This document shows, in pieces, positions 28,871-32,000 of a stretch of 32,000 bases of DNA (its first letter is position 1; each line of letters opens with the position of its first letter). Location of the stretch: positions 2,550,001 through 2,582,000 of the forward strand of contig NZ_CP066018.1 in assembly GCF_016127575.1 (NCBI RefSeq). The letters run 5' to 3'. The notes beneath the pieces were generated by a model. It was not told the DNA's origin. It made no database searches and saw only the letters and a list, made by a program, of their open reading frames with translations. Position numbers and translations under genes: made by a program. The stretch comes from Cupriavidus necator. GTDB taxonomy: Bacteria; Pseudomonadota; Gammaproteobacteria; Burkholderiales; Burkholderiaceae.

Positions 28871-29098
28871 ATGGAGTTCCAGAAAGAAGTGGATGCGCGC
28901 GGCCTGAACTGCCCGCTGCCGATCCTGCGCACCAAGAAGGCCCTGGCCGACATGGCCAGCGGCGATGTGCTCAAGGTGCTGGCCACCGATCCCGGCGCCA
29001 CGCGCGATTTCCAGGCCTTTGCCAAGCAGACCGGCAATGAGCTGCTGTCGCACTCGGAAGTGGACAAGGTGTTTGTGTTCTACATGCGCCGCCGCTGA
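28871..29098 (+). CDS. TusA/SirA-family sulfurtransferase
   Basis: 75 aa from the ATG at 28871, with GAAGGAAGAG upstream. MEFQKEVDARGLNCPLPILRTKKAL carries the CPxP active-site motif. The track ORF start at 28814 overlaps the NUDIX gene. Confidence 0.85.
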   Translation: MEFQKEVDARGLNCPLPILRTKKALADMASGDVLKVLATDPGATRDFQAFAKQTGNELLSHSEVDKVFVFYMRRR

Positions 29099-29110
29099 AG
29101 CGCTCCCGCT

Positions 29111-29160
29111 CCCAAAGAAAAAAGCCGCGTAATCAGAATTACGTGGCTTTTTTCTTTGGG
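29111..29160. terminator. Strong bidirectional intrinsic terminator after the TusA gene
   Basis: CCCAAAGAAAAAAGCCGCGTAAT-caga-ATTACGTGGCTTTTTTCTTTGGG forms a 23-bp stem with one G-U pair. An A tract and a T tract are embedded on either side. Confidence 0.7.
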
Positions 29161-29455
29161 ATTCTGCGTCGATGAATATCGGCACGATTTTCCAGGCGCG
29201 CGGCAATGCGAGATTGGCGTAAATTGCAAGTCCTGCATTATTCCTGGCGGGACATCTCGCAAGGATTAATCCCATTGCGTTTCCGCCGGTTTTGGGCTGC
29301 ATTATTCTCCCCATAATGGCGGCGCCGCGGCACATGTGTTTACCCGGATTGGGCTGGTTTTTATGTATGCGCTAAATTACTACTGCGCCCTTGCCTGGTG
29401 CCGTGATGGTCACTGTGGGGAGGGCGGAAGTTGATCAAGTGATTCAGGAGAGGCG

Positions 29456-29899
29456 ATGCCAAGGGACGTCCGTATCCGAGCCGCTGGAATTGCCGATATT
29501 CAAGCTATTTCGGAAGTGCTGCAGCAATGTGGGTTGTCAGTTGAAAATGTGAGGCCGGCCGCATGTCTGTGCCATGTCGCTGAATTCGGGGAAATCGTAG
29601 CTGGTTGTGCCTGCGGGGAGATATTCGACCAGACCTTTGTCGTCAGGACCGTTGGCGTGCTTCCCGATTTTCGGGAGCGAAGAATTGCGACCCATCTGGT
29701 TGCGGCCCTGTTGATGCGCGCCCGTGCTAACGGTTGCACCAAGGCCGTCCTGCTGACGACGGAGCATCCGGCCTTTTTTGCGCGCTATGGCTTCTCGCTG
29801 ACATCCGTGGACGAGTTGCCGACCGAACTGGAATTGTCCAGGGAATTTCAACGCCGCTTCGGCGCCTGGACGCACTGCATGTGCCGCCGCCTGGACTGA
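29456..29899 (+). CDS. GNAT-family N-acetyltransferase (small, ArsN2/N-acetylglutamate-synthase-C-domain-like)
   Basis: 147 aa. IRAAGIADIQAISEVL...VAGCACGE...VRTVGVLPDFRERRIATHLVAALL is an acetyl-CoA-binding R-x-x-G-x-A-like region, followed by VLLTTEHPAFFARYGF. AGGAGAGG lies upstream. GC and third-position usage are clearly lower than in the neighbours. Confidence 0.75.
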   Translation: MPRDVRIRAAGIADIQAISEVLQQCGLSVENVRPAACLCHVAEFGEIVAGCACGEIFDQTFVVRTVGVLPDFRERRIATHLVAALLMRARANGCTKAVLLTTEHPAFFARYGFSLTSVDELPTELELSREFQRRFGAWTHCMCRRLD

Positions 29900-29965
29900 G
29901 GCGGGGCAAGACGCAGCGCAGCGGCCCGATGGGCCGCCGCGTCGCCGGCTGCGCGCCGGCGGGCT

Positions 29966-31534
29966 TCAGGTGATCGCGCTCAGCTGCCAGGGTACGAACT
30001 CGTTCTGCCCGTAGCCGTGCAGCTCGCTGCGTGAACGTTTGCCGGAGGCGGTGTCCAGCATCAGCCGGAACAGTTCCTCACCGAGCCCGCCAATGGTGGC
30101 GCTGCCGTCCAGCACGGCGCCGCAGTTCAGGTCCATGTCATCGGACTGGCGTTGCCACAGCGCGGTATTGGTCGCCAGCTTGACCGAGGGCGAGGGCGCA
30201 CAGCCGTAGGCCGAGCCGCGCCCCGTGGTGAAGCAGATCAGGTTGGCACCCCCCGCGACCTGGCCGGTCGCGGAGATGGGGTCGTAGCCCGGCGTGTCCA
30301 TGAACACCAGGCCGCGCGCGCGCACCGGCTGCGCGTACTCATAGACCTCGGCCAGGTTGGCCGAGCCGCCCTTGGCGATGCCGCCCAGGGATTTTTCCAG
30401 CACGGTGGTCAGCCCGCCCGCCTTGTTGCCTGCCGACGGGTTGTTGTCCATGCTGGCACCGTGGCGCGCGCAATAGTCCTCCCACCAGCGGATGCGCGCC
30501 ACCAGCTTGCGGCCGATTTCCGGTGTCTGTGCGCGGCGCGTGAGCAGGTGCTCGGCGCCGTAGATCTCGGGCGTCTCGGAGAGGATGGCAGTGCCGCCGT
30601 GGCGCACCAGCAGGTCTACCGCCGCGCCCAGCACCGGGTTCGCCGAGATGCCCGAGTAGCCGTCGGAGCCGCCGCACTGCAGGCCCACCACCAGGTGGCT
30701 GGCAGGCACCGGCTGGCGCTGCACGGCATTCGCGGCGGGCAGCATCTCCTGGATCATGGCAATGCCGCGTGCGATGGTCCTGGTGGTGCCGCCGCTGTCC
30801 TGGATGGTGAAGGTCTGCAGGCGGTCGTCGTGGGCCAGCCCCTGGGTGGCAAGCAGCGCCGAAATCTGGTTGGTCTCGCAGCCCAGCCCGATCACCAGCA
30901 CGCTGGCGAAGTTGGGATGGCAGGCATAGCCGCCCAGCGTGCGCTGCAGCAGCGCCAGCCCTTCCCCCTGCGGGTCCACCGCGCAACCGACGCCGTGCGT
31001 GAGCGCCACCACGCCGTCGACGTTGGGATAGGCGGCCAGCGCCTCGGGATGGATGTCGCGGCGGAAGTGGTCGGCAATGGCGCGCGCCACCGTGGCCGAG
31101 CAGTTCACCGAGGTCAGGATGCCGATGTAGTTGCGCGTGGCCACGCGGCCATCGGCCCGCACGATGCCCGCGAAGGTGGCCGGCGCCGGCACCGGCTCCG
31201 GCGCGCGCGCATCGGCGCCATAGGCATAGTCGCGCGTGAAGTCGCCCATGGCCAGGTTGTGGGTGTGCACGTGCTGGCCGGGGCGGATGTCCTGGCTGGC
31301 GAAGCCGATGATCTGCCCGTAGCGGCGCACCGCCTCGCCGGCGCCGATGGCGCGCGTTGCCACCTTGTGGCCGGGCGGGACCAGGCCGAGCACAGTCACG
31401 TCTTCTTCGTCGAGCGTGGTGCCTGCCACGAGCTGGTCGCGGGCAATGACGACGTCGTCTTCCGGGTGCAGCCGGATCACGCGCAAGGCGGCGTGCAGCT
31501 GTGCTGCCTTGCCGGGGTTGGCAGGTGCGTTCAT
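29966..31534 (-). CDS. UxaA/GarD-family sugar-acid dehydratase (altronate/galactarate dehydratase-like)
   Basis: 522 aa. The N-terminal SAF-like region is RLHPEDDVVIA...PPGHKVA, then YPNVDGVVALTHGVGC...IGLGCE...VVGLQCGGSDGYSGISANP...NPSAGNKAGGLTTVLEKSLG...FTTGRGS, colinear with E. coli GarD. Confidence 0.85.
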   Translation of the reverse strand: MNAPANPGKAAQLHAALRVIRLHPEDDVVIARDQLVAGTTLDEEDVTVLGLVPPGHKVATRAIGAGEAVRRYGQIIGFASQDIRPGQHVHTHNLAMGDFTRDYAYGADARAPEPVPAPATFAGIVRADGRVATRNYIGILTSVNCSATVARAIADHFRRDIHPEALAAYPNVDGVVALTHGVGCAVDPQGEGLALLQRTLGGYACHPNFASVLVIGLGCETNQISALLATQGLAHDDRLQTFTIQDSGGTTRTIARGIAMIQEMLPAANAVQRQPVPASHLVVGLQCGGSDGYSGISANPVLGAAVDLLVRHGGTAILSETPEIYGAEHLLTRRAQTPEIGRKLVARIRWWEDYCARHGASMDNNPSAGNKAGGLTTVLEKSLGGIAKGGSANLAEVYEYAQPVRARGLVFMDTPGYDPISATGQVAGGANLICFTTGRGSAYGCAPSPSVKLATNTALWQRQSDDMDLNCGAVLDGSATIGGLGEELFRLMLDTASGKRSRSELHGYGQNEFVPWQLSAIT

Positions 31535-31554
31535 GCGATGAGCTCCCTCGTTCC

Positions 31555-32000
31555 TTATTTCAGCATCTCGGCCGGCAGCGACAGGCCGAAATAGCGCTTG
31601 TAGATGTCGTTGATCCTGCCGTTCTTCAGGTTGGTCCTGACCCAGCCGTCGAGCCAGTCCTTGAGGGCGGTATCGCCCTTGCGCAGGCCGATCGCATAGG
31701 GAAAGGTCTGCATCACGAACTTGATTTCCAGGTCGCGCGACGGATTGCTGCGCCTGACCTCCGGAATCACGCTGATGGCCGCGGCCAGGTAGTCCTGCTG
31801 GCCGGTGGAGACCGCGGTATTGGTGGTCGCGTCATCCTCGTAGCGCACGATATTCACCGCTGCCACGGCCTTGGCGCCCCGGCTCAGTTCCTGGTCGCTG
31901 GTGGTGCCGCGCGTGACCGCGACGGTCTTGCCCGACAGGTCGGCGAAGGACTTGACCTGGGCCTTGGTCGGGCCGCCCACCACCACGGGGATCACGCCAT
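31555..32000 (-). CDS. Periplasmic amino-acid ABC transporter substrate-binding protein (family 3), C-terminal part; the 5' end lies beyond the window
   Basis: The frame is open to base 32000. ...FADLSGKTVAVTRGTTSDQEL...YAIGLRKGDTALKDWLDGWVRTNLKNGRINDIYKRYFG is typical of the SBP_bac_3 C-terminal lobe. It ends 20 nt upstream of the dehydratase start. Confidence 0.75.
   Translation of the reverse strand, partial: GVIPVVVGGPTKAQVKSFADLSGKTVAVTRGTTSDQELSRGAKAVAAVNIVRYEDDATTNTAVSTGQQDYLAAAISVIPEVRRSNPSRDLEIKFVMQTFPYAIGLRKGDTALKDWLDGWVRTNLKNGRINDIYKRYFGLSLPAEMLK

Noticed and set aside
29215-29228. Sigma-54-like TGGCGT-aaa-TTGCA upstream of the GNAT gene
   Set aside because: The GG-to-GC spacing is 2 nt shorter than the strict -24/-12 geometry of TGGCAC-N5-TTGC, and no enhancer-binding protein gene is nearby.
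29162-29916. 7-bp inverted match CTGCGTC / GACGCAG at the two edges of the low-GC islet, as possible terminal inverted repeats
   Set aside because: It is too short to distinguish from chance, and there is no transposase or target duplication.

Overview
This is a high-GC segment, about two-thirds G+C by hand counts of sample lines. It looks like a Cupriavidus/Ralstonia-type betaproteobacterial chromosome. That attribution is inferred from two Bug/TctC-family receptors, an orphan tctBA pair and several LysR regulators; no database search was possible. I support 28 protein-coding genes. Core genes are glnS (edge-truncated and absent from the ORF track), alaS, katG, a YbaK-like editing-domain protein, an NfeD/SPFH(stomatin) pair and an NhaP2/CvrA-type K+/H+ antiporter. 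These are interleaved with accessory metabolic modules: LysR + Bug receptor + leaderless gamma-glutamyltransferase; PhzF-like + PNPOx-like; CoA-transferase + DUF2214-like + Bug receptor; LysR + YbfB-type MFS; and class II aldolase + 4-OT tautomerase + threonine aldolase + NUDIX + TusA. The window ends with a GNAT gene in a lower-GC islet, a UxaA/GarD dehydratase and an edge-truncated amino-acid binding protein. I found no rRNA, tRNA, CRISPR array, transposase, integrase or recognisable defence gene. Most long ORFs in the track are antisense shadows of real genes, as expected at this GC content. I did not find a convincing new multi-gene system. The observations most worth follow-up are: a family III CoA-transferase with rearranged segment order; an orphan phzF/phzG-like pair; a tctB/nhaP2 intergenic region with four copies of one heptamer plus a GNRA hairpin; a low-GC GNAT islet with about 295 bp of unexplained non-coding DNA; and a Shine-Dalgarno-sequestering helix inside an operon. 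All functional calls rest on motif and family recognition by eye and need homology searches to confirm.
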